Of a stretch of 64,000 nt of DNA, positions 12,201 to 24,474 are shown in pieces. The notes beneath the pieces are model-generated. The model did not search any database. It had not been told where the DNA came from and saw only the letters and a program-made list of their open reading frames with translations. Source of the DNA: Spirogloea muscicola (taxonomy: Eukaryota). How positions within the stretch are numbered: the stretch's first letter is position 1; the number at the start of each line of letters is the position of its first letter. The position numbers and the translations under genes were made by a program. The stretch is from NCBI GenBank assembly GCA_009602725.1, contig WELB01000011.1, forward strand, positions 1,291,361-1,355,360. The letters are read 5' to 3'.

Positions 12201-15200
12201 GCGCCTTTACATGCTTGAGTTGACTCTTGCACTGTCAAGAGACATTCCTCTTAGGATGATATCTGGATGAAGCACTGGACAGGCTCTGGAGTTACGGGAT
12301 TGAGGTTGTCATATGAGGTTGTCACGTGACTGCAGGAACACATTGACTATGACCTTGTCGAGAGCACCAATCCCGCACTCAACAAGGCCATCATCCGAAT
12401 GAATGTCTTCCGCCAGCATCGCCAGACTGTTCAGGTCATACTTGGAACTTTAGTTTCTACGGAGCACTTCCAATCCTGACCTTGTGCACCTGCATGACAT
12501 TGTGGTCTGACTTCATCAATGTCCTTTTTAGTTTGCCTCATGCAGTAAATGTGTAGTTTAACCCGTTTACCTCCTCCTCCTGCAGTACATCCAACCCCAG
12601 CACAGCGAGAGGCTGGCCCAGGCCGAGCTGCTCGTGGTGGACGAGGCTGCCGCTATTCCCCTCCCCATTGTCAAAGCGCTTCTTGGCCCCTACCTCATCT
12701 TCCTGTGCTCCACGGTCAATGGGTGAGATCGCCCGTTCATTATTCAGAATTCTGTGATCAAGTGCTACTCCAGCACTTTGTCTATAGCAGCAACAGTAGG
12801 CAACAAGTCTCATGTCACACTCCAATATGTGCTCTGCTGCGTGATGCAGATACGAGGGAACCGGGCGGTCTCTGTCGCTCAAGCTCATCCAGCAGCTCAA
12901 GGAGCAGGCTCAGAAATCCACGGCTGGTGCCAAGCAGGGCGAGGGTGCAGCCTCAGGTCAGATCTGTATGTCCTGGAAGAAGTGCTTACCTCTTGTTGGA
13001 ATGCATCGACATTCTATCTATATCTTCGTACATTGCTCCGTTTAGGAAGGACTCAGCAGATGATCATCTACCTGTAGGGCAGGTCGTGTCTTCAAGGAGG
13101 TGCAGCTTGCTGAGCCAATCAGATATGCTCCTAGAGACCCGATAGAAGCCTGGTTGAACAGTCTTCTCTGCCTCAGTGCTGCCAACCATGTCACCAAGCT
13201 CTCCAGTCGGTGTGTAGCTATATACTCTCATGGCTGGTTGTACTTGTTCTATCAGCTAATTGAAAGTGCTTGCAATTCCAGCTTGCGACTTCTTGTGCAA
13301 ATTGTATTGTCAGCTCAATGCAGCTATGCTTGATGCTTGATAATTGGTGCACCTCTCTTTCGTGCAGACTACCCCATCCAAATGAATGCGAACTGTTCTA
13401 CGTGAACAGGGACACCCTCTTTTCTCACCATCGTGCGAGCGAGGAATTCCTTCAGGTCGCTGACTTGCGGCAGCATGGAACAAACAGTGCAACAAACAGT
13501 CTTGACTTGCATCCCAGGGAGGCATCTCTAGTAACTAAGTCATGGACTTCAGCTATCTGATTGTAACTGCTTGTAATTGTTGTGGGGACACACTCAAACT
13601 CGGCTGACACTTTACTTCCGTCTTTCAACATCTTCTTCTCTCGCCAGAGAACGATGGCGTTGTATGTAGCTTCGCACTACAAGAACACGCCGAACGACCT
13701 TCAGCTGATGTCTGATGCACCTGCACATCACCTCTTTGTCCTGCTCGGTGAGGATGGATCGCCTTGCTACTTGCTTCACCTTCTCACTGTTGTCCTCTGT
13801 GACACTTTCACGAATGCCCGTTCCAATGTTGCGGGTAAAAGCACAAGACCCGTGAAGCTCTTGTTTTGAGGGCGTTGTGGCCTTTCGCTGAGTATGTACA
13901 TGCATCTTCCTGTGGAATACAGGGCCAGTGCATGAAGACCAATCTGGGCTACCTGACATCTTTTGCGTTGTCCAGGTTAATCCTTCACTGCAGCCCTTGT
14001 CCAACCCCTAGCATCAGTTGCTGTATCTGGTGGGCTGTGCGCTGGTTGACAGAGGGACCTCGCAGATTGCAGCTTCTCTTTTTCCAATCGTCATAGTGTG
14101 ATACTCTTAACGAGATCTTTATGAGGTCTTATTGCCATGTAAGCTGGATCACTGTTTCTCCTGCTGTACAGGTCTGCCTGGAGGGTGACATTTCCAGGCA
14201 GTCTGCGCAGCAGCACTTGGCGCAGGGCTACCAGCCGACTGGGGACCTCATCCCCTGGACTGTGTCGCAGCAGTTCCAGGACGCTGAGTTTCCATCCCTC
14301 TCGGGAGCCAGAATTGTCCGCATCGCTACTCACCCTGATCTTGTCAGAGTAAGCTGCCCAGCTCTGAACGTGTGCGGTTTTGACATTGGAGGCTCTTAGT
14401 CTCGCTTACTTTAGAAGCGTGCCGAGTCTGAGAAGGCTGATGTACTCGTGTCCAGGCTGGCTACGGTTCGCGCGCTGTTGATTTGCTGGCCAGGTGGGCC
14501 AGTTTCCACAAATGGCCGCCTGTCTGGTGCTAGCTGCTAGGGTGCTAACACGTGTCAAGCTTACTAAATTTGTTTGATACATATCTAGCCCTCTTTGTGC
14601 CATCTAGCTACAAAGCTTGTCTTGTATTTCGGCTTCTTTCAGTGTCCTCTATGGACTCCCTTGGCTGGCCTTCACAGCTGCTTCTCCTTTATTGACGTTG
14701 TTAGCAATGAGCACTCAGAAGATCATATATGAAGGTCGTTCAGGCTGATTGTGGCCCATAATGGAGATGTTCAGATATTACGAGGGACAGCTGACCAGTC
14801 TGGAAGAAGATGGTCCTGAGGAGAACTTTTCCGTTCCAACCTCAGATGCTCTGGAGGCAGCTAAGGAGGTAAGACCAATTATCAACTTCAAGAAACTTCG
14901 CATCAAGTCATCATCTCCACAATCGTTGAATTGTGGATTATCCTTGACATGCATCTTTGATACAATTTGTTTCAAGAGTTAACGTCTTTATGTTCTGCAT
15001 AATGCTGATGGCTTGCGAACTGTACGTCTGCTTCAGGTAGGCCTGCAGGAGGAGCAGGTGAAGCCAAGGGCCAACCTCCCTCCTCTCCTTGTTGGGTTGA
15101 GAGAACGACGAGCAGAGCAGCTGCACTACCTGGGAACATCATTTGGTCTCACGCAGTCCCTGTTCGCGTTCTGGCGCAAGCAGCGCTTCCATCCAGTGTA

Positions 15201-17287
15201 CCTTCGTCAAACGCCAGTGAGCTGCTGAAGCTCTATGCTGCAAGATGCTGTAGCATCACAGTAGGTCACCGACCCGCCATTATGAAGACAAGATGTCACA
15301 AGCGCATCCAGCAGTGGTATCATCGCTTAGGCATTCGCATGGGCTCACATTCTTGCAGTAGGATGCGGTTTGCAGAACTCGGAAGGTAAGCTCATCTGGG
15401 GTTTTGAAGCTGCCATGAGCTGGTATGATATAGCATGAAGCGTCATAGGGTCTGAGGGTGCTGTGGTGTGCAATGCAGAACGAGATCACAGGGGAGCACA
15501 CAACCATTGTCCTGAGGCCACTCCAGAATGATGAGGTGGAGTCCGGGCCGGGAACATCCGGATCGTCTTGGCTCCATCCTTTCTCTCAAGGTCAGAGCTT
15601 TCGCAGCCTGTAGTGTCTGATCTGCTTGCACAATGCTCCAATGATAGAGAGAGGAATATTGGACGGAGCATCTGTCACGAGGCATACTTGGTCATGTGAG
15701 ACGTTTGGCACCATATTAGCTCCTTATGCTCAGATGCACACTATGCACTTGGTATCCGGTCACCTGATGCGTTGTTCATGTCTCTATGTTTCAGCAACTG
15801 TCTGAGACCTAAGACCCCCATCACATGTCTCTTCCTTGCAGACTTCAAGAGGAGAATGACATTTCTTCTTGGATACAGCTTCCGCAACCTTCCACCGGCA
15901 TTAGCTCTTAGGTCATACTCCCCGTCATCCTGGGTGCATTTGATTACTAGCTGCTAATGTATGGAGGGGCTTGCGCGATGCATACAGAAGGCCTGGAAAA
16001 TAACTTTGGAGACTGACTTTGCTTCGTTTGAACGTCCGGTGGCCTCAGCTTACTCGACCCGAAAATATCATTCACAGAGCAGGAGGCACAAGTAGGTGTG
16101 GTCAACAGAGACACCATCTTCAAGGGCTTGAACCCACTTTTGACACCATATGATCTCAAGCGACTGGAGTCGTATGCAAGGAACCTTGTTGACTACCACA
16201 TGATTCTTGACCTATTACCAACCATTGCGAGATTGTACTTCCTGGAAAGGCTTCCCACGACGCTCTCATATGGACAGGCTGCCATCCTCCTCTGCCTTGG
16301 CCTGCAGCACCAGCAACTCTCAGATGTTGAAGTATGTAGTACACAATAACCTACACTCCAAAACATGTGCCACATTGACAAGGAGGCTGCCCAGCAAAGC
16401 TGGTTTTGGTCTTGACATTATCATTTGCACTTGCAGCAACACCTGAAGCTACCCTCGAACCAGATCTTGGCCCTCTTCAACAAAACTGTACGGAAGCTTC
16501 ATAGTCAGCTGCATGCAGCTGCAGCAATGGAGGTCGAGCTCACACTCCCTCGCATGAAGGAGGTGAGATTGGCGAGAAAGACTGACAGCATGTTCAAGGC
16601 AAGCTGCGGATCTTGCAGGCATTTTCTTCCACCTTGACGAAATCATCTTTGGATGCTGCAGGTGACCTTTGTGCCTCACGATGCCACTGTAGAGGAGGAC
16701 CTTGACGAGGGTGCACGGAAAGTGAAAGTACGTGCAAATGGCGCATATTTTGTATTCTTACTGATTCCTGAAAAATGATGGGCTTGACTAGCGAATTTAA
16801 AAATCTGGGTTCTTGCGGTAGAAGCTTCTGTAAAGGTAGAGTACATTTTTCCTTGTCATGTGGTTGCTCAGCACTGAAGCAGCTGCAGTTGTTGTGAGAG
16901 CTTGTGGTGTCAGTCACTGCTGTAAGTAACAGATGACCTAGCCAAGACAGAGAGGCTTGCGGTCTGTTTGATTGCGGTCAGCTAAGTGCAATTTCTCGGC
17001 TGGTGTGACAGATGGAGCTGAAGGAGAAGATGAAGGGCCTCCTAGACCCTGCAGGCCTTCAGCACTTCGCCATAAGCGGGAGGGAGACAGAGTTTGATGA
17101 AGCTCTCTTGCAGACGGGAGGGAAGGTTGCCAAGAGTGGCATGCTCAGTGTGAAGGGCAAGACCAGGAAAGGGGAGGGCAAGGGGGAGAAGAGTGACAAG
17201 AAGCACAGTGCTAATGGCGTGAATAAGAAGCGGAAGTCGCCCATGGAAGGGCCCAGGAGGTCCAAGAGGAAGGCCAGCAAACAATAG
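9201..17287 (+). CDS. NAT10: RNA cytidine (ac4C) acetyltransferase NAT10/Kre33, >20 exons
   Basis: MKKRVDMRILTLVENGVRARHRSMFVIVGD; ILGNTFGMCVLQDFEALTPNLLARTVEAVEGGG; Walker A TAARGRGKSAALG; VVDEAAAIPLP; STVNGYEGTGRSLSLKL; ASHYKNTPNDLQLMSDAPAH; GDLIPW...GARIVRIATHP...GYGSRA; K-rich C-terminus. Confidence 0.98.
10400..10540. repeat. Two-unit ~71-bp tandem repeat in a NAT10 intron
   Basis: Units start TGCATGG at 10400 and 10471 and share CAGGGTCATAGACG..TA(C/T)GACTTGG(G/A)CGGAGCTGTCCA...GCGACAAG. Confidence 0.85.
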
Positions 17288-17589
17288 CTTAGATGCTTTG
17301 GGGTCATTCCCTGGTTGCCATGGACTCGCCTCGCCTTTGCCTGCTTCGTGAGTTGGGCTCCTTGTCCTCGCTGTTGCCTTGTCTCCTTAAATATTGACTA
17401 CATTAGTGAGCTGAGCTGATAATTGGCAGTCACCAACCTTTTCTACAGCCACTTTGTCAGTGGCGCACCTGCTGTCGAAAAAGACTGGCACTCAAACGCC
17501 CAGCCCCTCTTGCTGTGCCCATGCTCGTCTTGGCTTGCGGGCAGCAGATCCTTCTGTTGACTTTGGCGGAGTTGGCGGGGGCGGGTGGA

Positions 17590-19064
17590 GGTGGCCTCTC
17601 ACATCAAAGGCCAGCCTGTTGGTGCTGCCGTGGCTGCGGTTCGGCAGACTCTTTGGGCAAAGCTCGCAGGTATTCATGGAGCCGTGTTAGCTCGCTTAGA
17701 CACTGTGCTCTTCAGGAGGAGACGTGGCTGTGACACAGGCCAGCCCCGAAAGATTGAAGATCTTCAGGTCGAAGCCCCAAGTACAAGTATTTAAGTAAGA
17801 AATAGTGGCTGCTGCAGATGAGCACTTAGTGGCCTTTGGTTGCTGACAGCCCAAAGTCAAACCAATCGCAGTCAAGGGATGGGGGTCACCGGCTCCTGGA
17901 GGTGGCAGCCTAGGCGCGACCGCTGCGCAGATGCAAGAGAAACGCCTGCATTGCTGCAGCGAAATTGATGAGGTGCATGCAGTGCATGTGGTGCTGTGCA
18001 CCCTGAGCCGCCTGTGTTGCCGATGGGACCAGCTTGTCGCCACCGGTGTGCTGTATCATGGCAGTGGTTGCACGGGCCGCTGCCAGGCGCGTCAACGACA
18101 AGGTCGACTGGCCGGACGTGGGGTCCCTCAGCCGTCCAGCTTGCACAGAGTCCGCCCGCCCGGTGTGCTGTAAAAGAAACAGCTCAATTATTGTATGGCA
18201 ATGGCTGTGAGAGGCCAGCCAGCAAAGAACAAGGTCGGGAAAGAAGTAAGCGTTGTGAAAAGCCAGCTCAGTGGAGACTTCACGAAGAGCTTCCTGTTCT
18301 GGCTGCTCCTGGTTTTGCTCCTGTCGTTGACGTTCAGCAGCCTTCGATTATCGTCTCCTCCACTCATAGTCCTCCTGGATGGATCCCTTTTTCAGAAGGA
18401 CCAGCAGACCGCCCTCATCTCGGCGGTTCACACGCAGATCCTCTTGTGACTGCACACTCATCTCGACTTCACACAGAGATCAGTTGCACTGTCACACAGA
18501 GCACAATCTCCGCCTGACCGCACACAGAGCCGCACCCTTGGTGGGTGGCAGTCATACTCGAGCGCATCGCCCTAGGACTTCGTCCGGGGCCTCCCTTCTA
18601 CAGGGAGGCTCCCACGGCCCAATCGGGTGGCGCAGGTTGTTGAAATCACTTGGCCCGCTAATTCACCGTATTACTAAATTTAATTTTCAAAGGGAATTGG
18701 CTCTCCCAAGGAAGGTGGGGGCTGGCAAAGGCCAGCCCAAAACATATGGACAAGGTCCAAAGAGCCAAAAGGCGCCTAAACCACACAGCTATGCACGAGA
18801 TTACCGCAGATGAGAGCTTAGTAACCACGAGTTAGCAGCAGCAAGTCGGAGTAACAAAAGGCCCGAAGGCGCCAGAAAGAAGAAGAAAGTGCTCGCCCAT
18901 TGAGAATAGGGGCTGGAACAACCAGCCCGAAAAAGAATGAACAGAGTACGAGAAGGGGGCCAGGGGAAGCGCTAAGAAACAGAAACAAAGCAGCTACGAG
19001 ACACTCAGTAACCCCTGCTAAGCAGCCGCAGATCAGAGATGCTGGGCTCCTGGAAGTGGGTCCC
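17590..19064 (-). mobile_element. Cluster of 5'-truncated 3'-end fragments of the CRE-like retrotransposon
   Basis: ORF termini SDLLLLTRGY* (18818) and SDLRLLSRGY* (19005), each followed by a 3'UTR ending in GGGCTGG-loop-CCAGCCC...TGGG(C/A)GAGC. Decayed copy ~17730-18170 (FLLHLRSGRA...TKGH*). Hairpin remnants near 17725-17750 and 18200-18230. Confidence 0.8.
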
Positions 19065-20222
19065 AGAAAGCGTGCTGCTCCTCGGCGCCGCTCCTGCGCC
19101 GCCCGTTGCATTGTCGACCTTCCGACTCGGCGCCGGACGCCTGCCATCCTGTGGCTGCGCTTGACAAACACCGGCGGCGCCTGCGGCGGAACGGCGCCGC
19201 TCGTCGGAGCGACACGCGTTCTGGCTGCACTTGGCGGCAGACGGCCCCCGCCAGGAGGCTTTTCCTGGCGCTTGGTGACCCAGCAGGTCATGATATGCGG
19301 GGTTCAAGGTAGTTTTCAGGGTTTTGGCCCCTGCCAGGGACCTCCTCTGGCGGCTCAGGGCCCTGTCGGCACACGTCCGCGCGCTGCAGCCACCTGCCTG
19401 AAAGCCTGCTTTATCTGCTATTGCATCCCAGGGGACTCCGGCGGCCGCGGGGTCGTCATCCGGCCTCCCGCGCTTTGGGGGGGCGGCCAGTGATCCTGTC
19501 CCGCAGACCACACCACTTTCATTCACCAAGGCACTTTCCAGCCGCTGGATGAGCTTCATCGAACGCCATCAGAAGGCTCTAGCTTGCACGTCGTCCGATG
19601 ATGCGCATCGGATGGCGCTCGATGCCCCCTTGCCCGACCGCCCCCCCGCTCCATCTTGCTCCTTCCTGCCCCGCCCGGGCCCCCCCCCGAGCTTGCGGGC
19701 CAGCCCGCTTGGGCCCCGCAGCTTGGGGCTCCCTCTCCCGCCCTTCCATCTCACTGCCTACTGCTGCCACTGAGAAACTGAGAATGCCCTGTCTGCCTAG
19801 CCTGTGCTCCGCTGATATGACTATGAACACCCTCTGTGTTGCACCTGGCTGGCTTGTACAGCACTTCCTCCTTCTACAGGCGCTCCTTAGATTCAGCAGC
19901 TTTTTCAGCTCATCCGACCTCCCACTGTCGGCCCTGCTTGCCATCCAGGCGCCGAAGCCCTCCCTCTGCATGCACGGGGCTAGCTCTCACAATTGCCCCT
20001 GCCGCGCTGCTCTCCTTCTGCCGCTGCTCCGCACTGCCACCCCCGCCGCTCTGCCGAACGGCTCCACCTCACAGGCTCCTCGCCACGCCCCTTGCCTGCT
20101 CGCTGCTCCTCGCTGCGCCTCCAGCCCCTCACGCGGCTCCGCGCGCTTCCAGCCGCCGGCGCCAGAGGGCGGTGCGCGGTCTCGAGCCCAACTCGAACAT
20201 CGAGCCTCCTCCACGCACGGCG

Positions 20223-21728
20223 ATGGCGTGTGCGGTGGCCATCAATGTGGTCATCCTCCTCGCGGCGACGCTCGCGCCCGCCGCGAGCGCCTGGTACCTC
20301 AGCGGCCGCGTGTTCTGCGACATGTGCCACGACGGGGTCTTCGACGCGGCCAACGGCGATGCGCAGGCCGCCAACACGACGGTGGAGGTGTTCTGCATCC
20401 ACAGCAACGCGATAAGCGGGCGCTTCAGCGGCGCCACCGACGAGCAGGGCGACTTTGATTTCGAGTTCCGGGCTGGCAACGTCAAGGACCCGGCGTTTGG
20501 CGGCTGCTATGTGCACCTCCTGCCGGGCCCCCCGTGCAGCTCCTGCTCCATGGTGGGGCCCTGCAACAACGGGGAGCTTGGTAAGCTAATCGTCAACGAG
20601 ACGACGGGCGATTACCGCGTCGTCGCAGGCCACCACTACCCCGTCGGCGACTTCTGCCTCGAGCCGCAGACGCTTCCGTCGGCCTGCCCAGTGGGGCCCG
20701 GCGGCAAGGGCGACCCTCACTTCCACGGTGCCGACAACATCAACTTCGACTTTACTGGTGAGCCCGCTGCCATGCGTCATCCTCGTGGCCTTTTGCTCAA
20801 ACACTTTTTCCGACTTGGTTGATGTGATCCGCGTCCTAGCTGCCTGCCGCCTCGATGCCGCCTCGTGAAGTCGAGCTGCCTTTCTCGTCACCCTGCCACT
20901 ATGGGTCAGCATGCGATACTGCTAGTCGTCTTGGCAGAGCGTGACGGGACGTCTGGATGAGCTTTCTGCGCAGGCAAGCCCGGCCGGGACTACTGCTTGC
21001 TCAGTGACAAGCGGCTGCACATCAACACACGCTTTGAAGGCCGGGAGGACGGTGGCAACACATACACCTGGATGAAGCAGCTTGCCATCCTCTCCGGTCA
21101 CCACTCTGTCGTCCTTGTCGCCAGGGATTCCCCCAACAGCGAACGCGGCAATGGCTACCTACAGAGCATGGCAATCGACGATGCTGAGCTGAAGCTGGAC
21201 ATCGGGTCCTCTTTTGCAACAGCGGAGGGGGCGCTGTCAGTGCGCTATATCGACCACGGCTTGGACGGTGACGACGATATTGACCGCTATGAGGTCCGCG
21301 TCGCCGGCGTGGCCGAGCTCCTGCTCAAGCTCCGACCAGAGGTGCCATTCTTGCGTACGTCCAAGGATTCATATATTCACTTCTCGTTGGAGCTCCTCTC
21401 CGTGCCCGGTCTCTCGGACGACACACATGGCGTGCTTGGCCAGTCCTTCCGGCCTGGACAGAAGACCCGCACGTTCTCATACACCAAGGAGTGGAGCCCC
21501 GTTCTCCAAGTCTGGCAGGTAGCAGGGCTCAACGGCGATGGTTACTTGGAGGGCACGCCTGATGACTACGTCGTGTCGGGCATCCTCAAAGCCGACTGTA
21601 AGTATGCACGCTTTGACGCTGGCGCCTGGGTAGGCCCTGCGGTCCTGGCTGCAGCTGTCGCTGATGCTTCAGGCGCGGATGATGCAGCGAAGGCGGCTTA
21701 TAGAAGGCTTGGGATGTTTGTCCGGTGA
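20223..21728 (+). CDS. Secreted cell-wall protein: signal peptide + Pollen Ole e1-like domain + root-cap/LEA-related (VWD-like) domain
   Basis: Exon 1 20223-20757: MACAVAINVVILLAATLAPAASA, LSGRVFCDMC, GATDEQGDF, GDPHFHGADNINFDFTG. Exon 2 20974-21728: DYCLLSDKRLHIN, TWMKQLAIL, LSDDTHGVLGQSFRP, DYVVSGILKADCKYARF. Confidence 0.88.
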
Positions 21729-22703
21729 ACTCGACCCATTGCTACGCGCTTGGGTTCTTCATCAGATCGTCCAAAGTTTCCCATGAGGAGACTCATTCAC
21801 ACGACTACTTCTAGCACTCGTAGCACCTTCTCATTCTATAGAATAGGCCTTGCTGCACGTTTGACATTCCTCGTGAAAGACCTGCACGCTGATAGTCAAG
21901 CTTCGGTTGCGCAATTCTAGGCCAACAATCACCCCTAGCATTGCCTCACTTTAGCTTTGCCGAGATGCTTGAATAGGCTCATATGAAGCGGGAAATAATG
22001 TCAGCAGAAAGGGCCTGCACGCAAGCCCGCTGCGTGCTTCCAGTTACATTATCCGCTTGGTCATGACAAAAGTAGCTCCTCTGCTGGTAACTCCCGTCTG
22101 ACGGCACCCTGATCAAGGAATCAACTATTCTGATGAGAATCAGTGTCCATTGCCAAGTTTCATCGGCACTCACATACCTGCGTACTTTCAGCAAGCAGCC
22201 TGCTAAGTGGTCGCATCATTGTACAGTAGTCAATTTTGCAAACATAGCTGTTCTCTTGTCCTTGACACTCAGCTTCTCAACATTTTGTCAAAATGTGTCT
22301 GCTCATTGCTGACATGCCACGAGATTCACCAGCATTGACTTGGTTTGTAGAACGAGCCCTGTACTTATGAGCACGTGCCAGTAAGCCCCTAGTACACCAT
22401 GTTGTCCAAGATTGCCCTTGTTAGAATGTTTCTGCTTCATTTGGTAGCCACTGCATGTCCGCCTTATCATCTGTCACTCGGCAGCCACAAGCCGGCTTTC
22501 CACAGGCTTGCTACCTAGGAAAATATTCTTGGAATATACAATTTACAGGGGCTGTCCACTGAACTGCGTTCATTTAGACTCCCTACCCATGAAGTATATG
22601 CTCATACTAATGTAAGCTGTTGGGCCGGCTAGCTTGAGTTAATCAATGGCAGCCAATTGCTGCAGCCGCATAATTATCTTAGCACGCAGGCTCTATGTTA
22701 ATC

Positions 22704-24427
22704 TCAAGTCCTTGCCGTTGTGCTGGCATTTGCCAGACCCAAGCATGACGACTTGAGCGAGGATGTCACCCTGCCAAAGCTCCGCAGCATGCTGAAATAG
22801 TGTCTGGCAACCGTGCCACCATCAGCTGTCAGAGAATCTACAGCAATCTTCCCATGGCCGTACTCAGCACTGGAACTGTGTACATACATGATGACCTCGC
22901 TGTTGTTGCACGCATTCGTGCCGCAGCTTTTCGCTCTAAGGAGTGCTGCTTCCATTTGCGCGACTTGGTTAGGTGCAGGCTCGGCAGCTTGAGGACTTCG
23001 CTCTACTGCGCTGCACAGGCCCACGTGCGTCGCCTTTCCTCGCCCAAAGAAGATCTAGAAATGCCAAGAGGAGGAAGTGCATGTCCACATGCCTCACTTG
23101 CCGGCTAGCTCCAGCAAGCTCCAGCAAGCAAGGAAAGAACCCTTGCTAGCTGTCCGCTTGAACTCTGTCATGGCCTTACTTAGGCGGCTTCAAGAAACAT
23201 CGTCATGTTTATGCAGTGCAGGTGCAGGACTCCACATTATCTCTCGCCCGCAGCCAAGCAAATCCTTGCAGGACAAGCAAGATCTTGATGCATTTGGCTC
23301 ACCAGATCCCCAGGCTGGACATCTTGCCTTGCCACGGGCTCGAGAACTTCTTCCTGCCACCACGAAGCCTTCATCTCAGACGGAAAATTTGCCGCGACAT
23401 GCACCTCTCCAATGGCTTCATCGCGGCACCTGCGGTTGCATAGACAGAAATATTGACCTTGCCAGTCACCAGCCATGCTTTCCTTCGTCTTCCTGCACGT
23501 GCTTTGTTCCTCAGTACCTCCCGTCTCAGGCCCTCTCCTGGGGCCCCAAGCCTGCCCATGATCTTTGAGAATTGGTGTGACGCGGCAGCCAGGCTACTGA
23601 CCTGTTGATACGCATCCCTGGGGATCCAGACCCCAGCGGAAGCGAACGCTCGTTGCACTGCACACTTCGACAGAGCATGCGGCAGTCATGATTATGCGAA
23701 GATCATCTACAAGACGTTGTCATAGCTGCTGTGCAGTGGCTGAAAACTTGGTCTGAAGCCGGCGCCTTGTCCTAAGAAGCGCCTAGTCATAAGAAGCCCA
23801 ACAACAGGATCTGCTTGCTCGGCGACCTGGGCGCCCGTGCGCCCGTGTTGCAAGGGCCGGCGACGAGCGCAGCAAGGTGATCACGGCGGGAGCGCCACAG
23901 ACGAAGGAGTGGGGGCCGGGGAGCCTTACTGAGGCCGCTGCAGTCGTAGTCAGGGCCCACAGTGCCGCCCCACAGGTAGAGGTTGCGGTCCGCCAGGGCT
24001 GCCAGCGCGAAGAGCAGGGCAGCCTGGCGGGCAGAGCCCGCCACCGGGCCCTCGCCGTCGGCGGCGGGCTCCTGGCAGCCGTCAGGCGCGGGGTGCAGGT
24101 TCGCGGTGGCGGCCTCCTGGGTGATCCAGCCCGGGTAGCCATCCTCGCACAGGAGGACCGGGACGGCGCCGCCGCCATGGCTGCGCAAGCGAGATCCGAC
24201 GTCAATTTAGGCGTCCGCGCTTCCGTCGCCGTGGCCACTTGGCCAGCACGGCGCCCCGCTGCCGCAGAGCCGGTGGCCAGCCGGCAACGGACCTGGCCGG
24301 GGAGGGCGGCGGCGCAGGGGCGAGGAGGCGGCGGCCGCGCCAGGCCTGCGTGGCGAGCGCGGCGCAGGCCACGGAGTCGAAGACGTCCAGGCGCGCCGCC
24401 GCGACGACGTACTCGCTTGGCGGGCCA

Positions 24428-24459
<32 letters not shown>

Positions 24460-24473
24460 ATCGGCGGCCAACG
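22704..24473 (-). CDS. SH3b + NlpC/P60 (C40) peptidoglycan endopeptidase of cyanobacterial type; 5' end lost at an N
   Basis: Spliced: EY..RLDVFDSVACAALATQAWRGR / VPVLLCEDGYPGWI / YLWGGTVGPDYDCSGL / VQRAFASAGVWIPRDAYQQ / VQPGDL / IFFGRGKATHVGL...YVHSSSAEYGHGKIAVDSL...LRSFGRV. Cys-His-His triad intact. Confidence 0.9.
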
Positions 24474-24474
24474 N

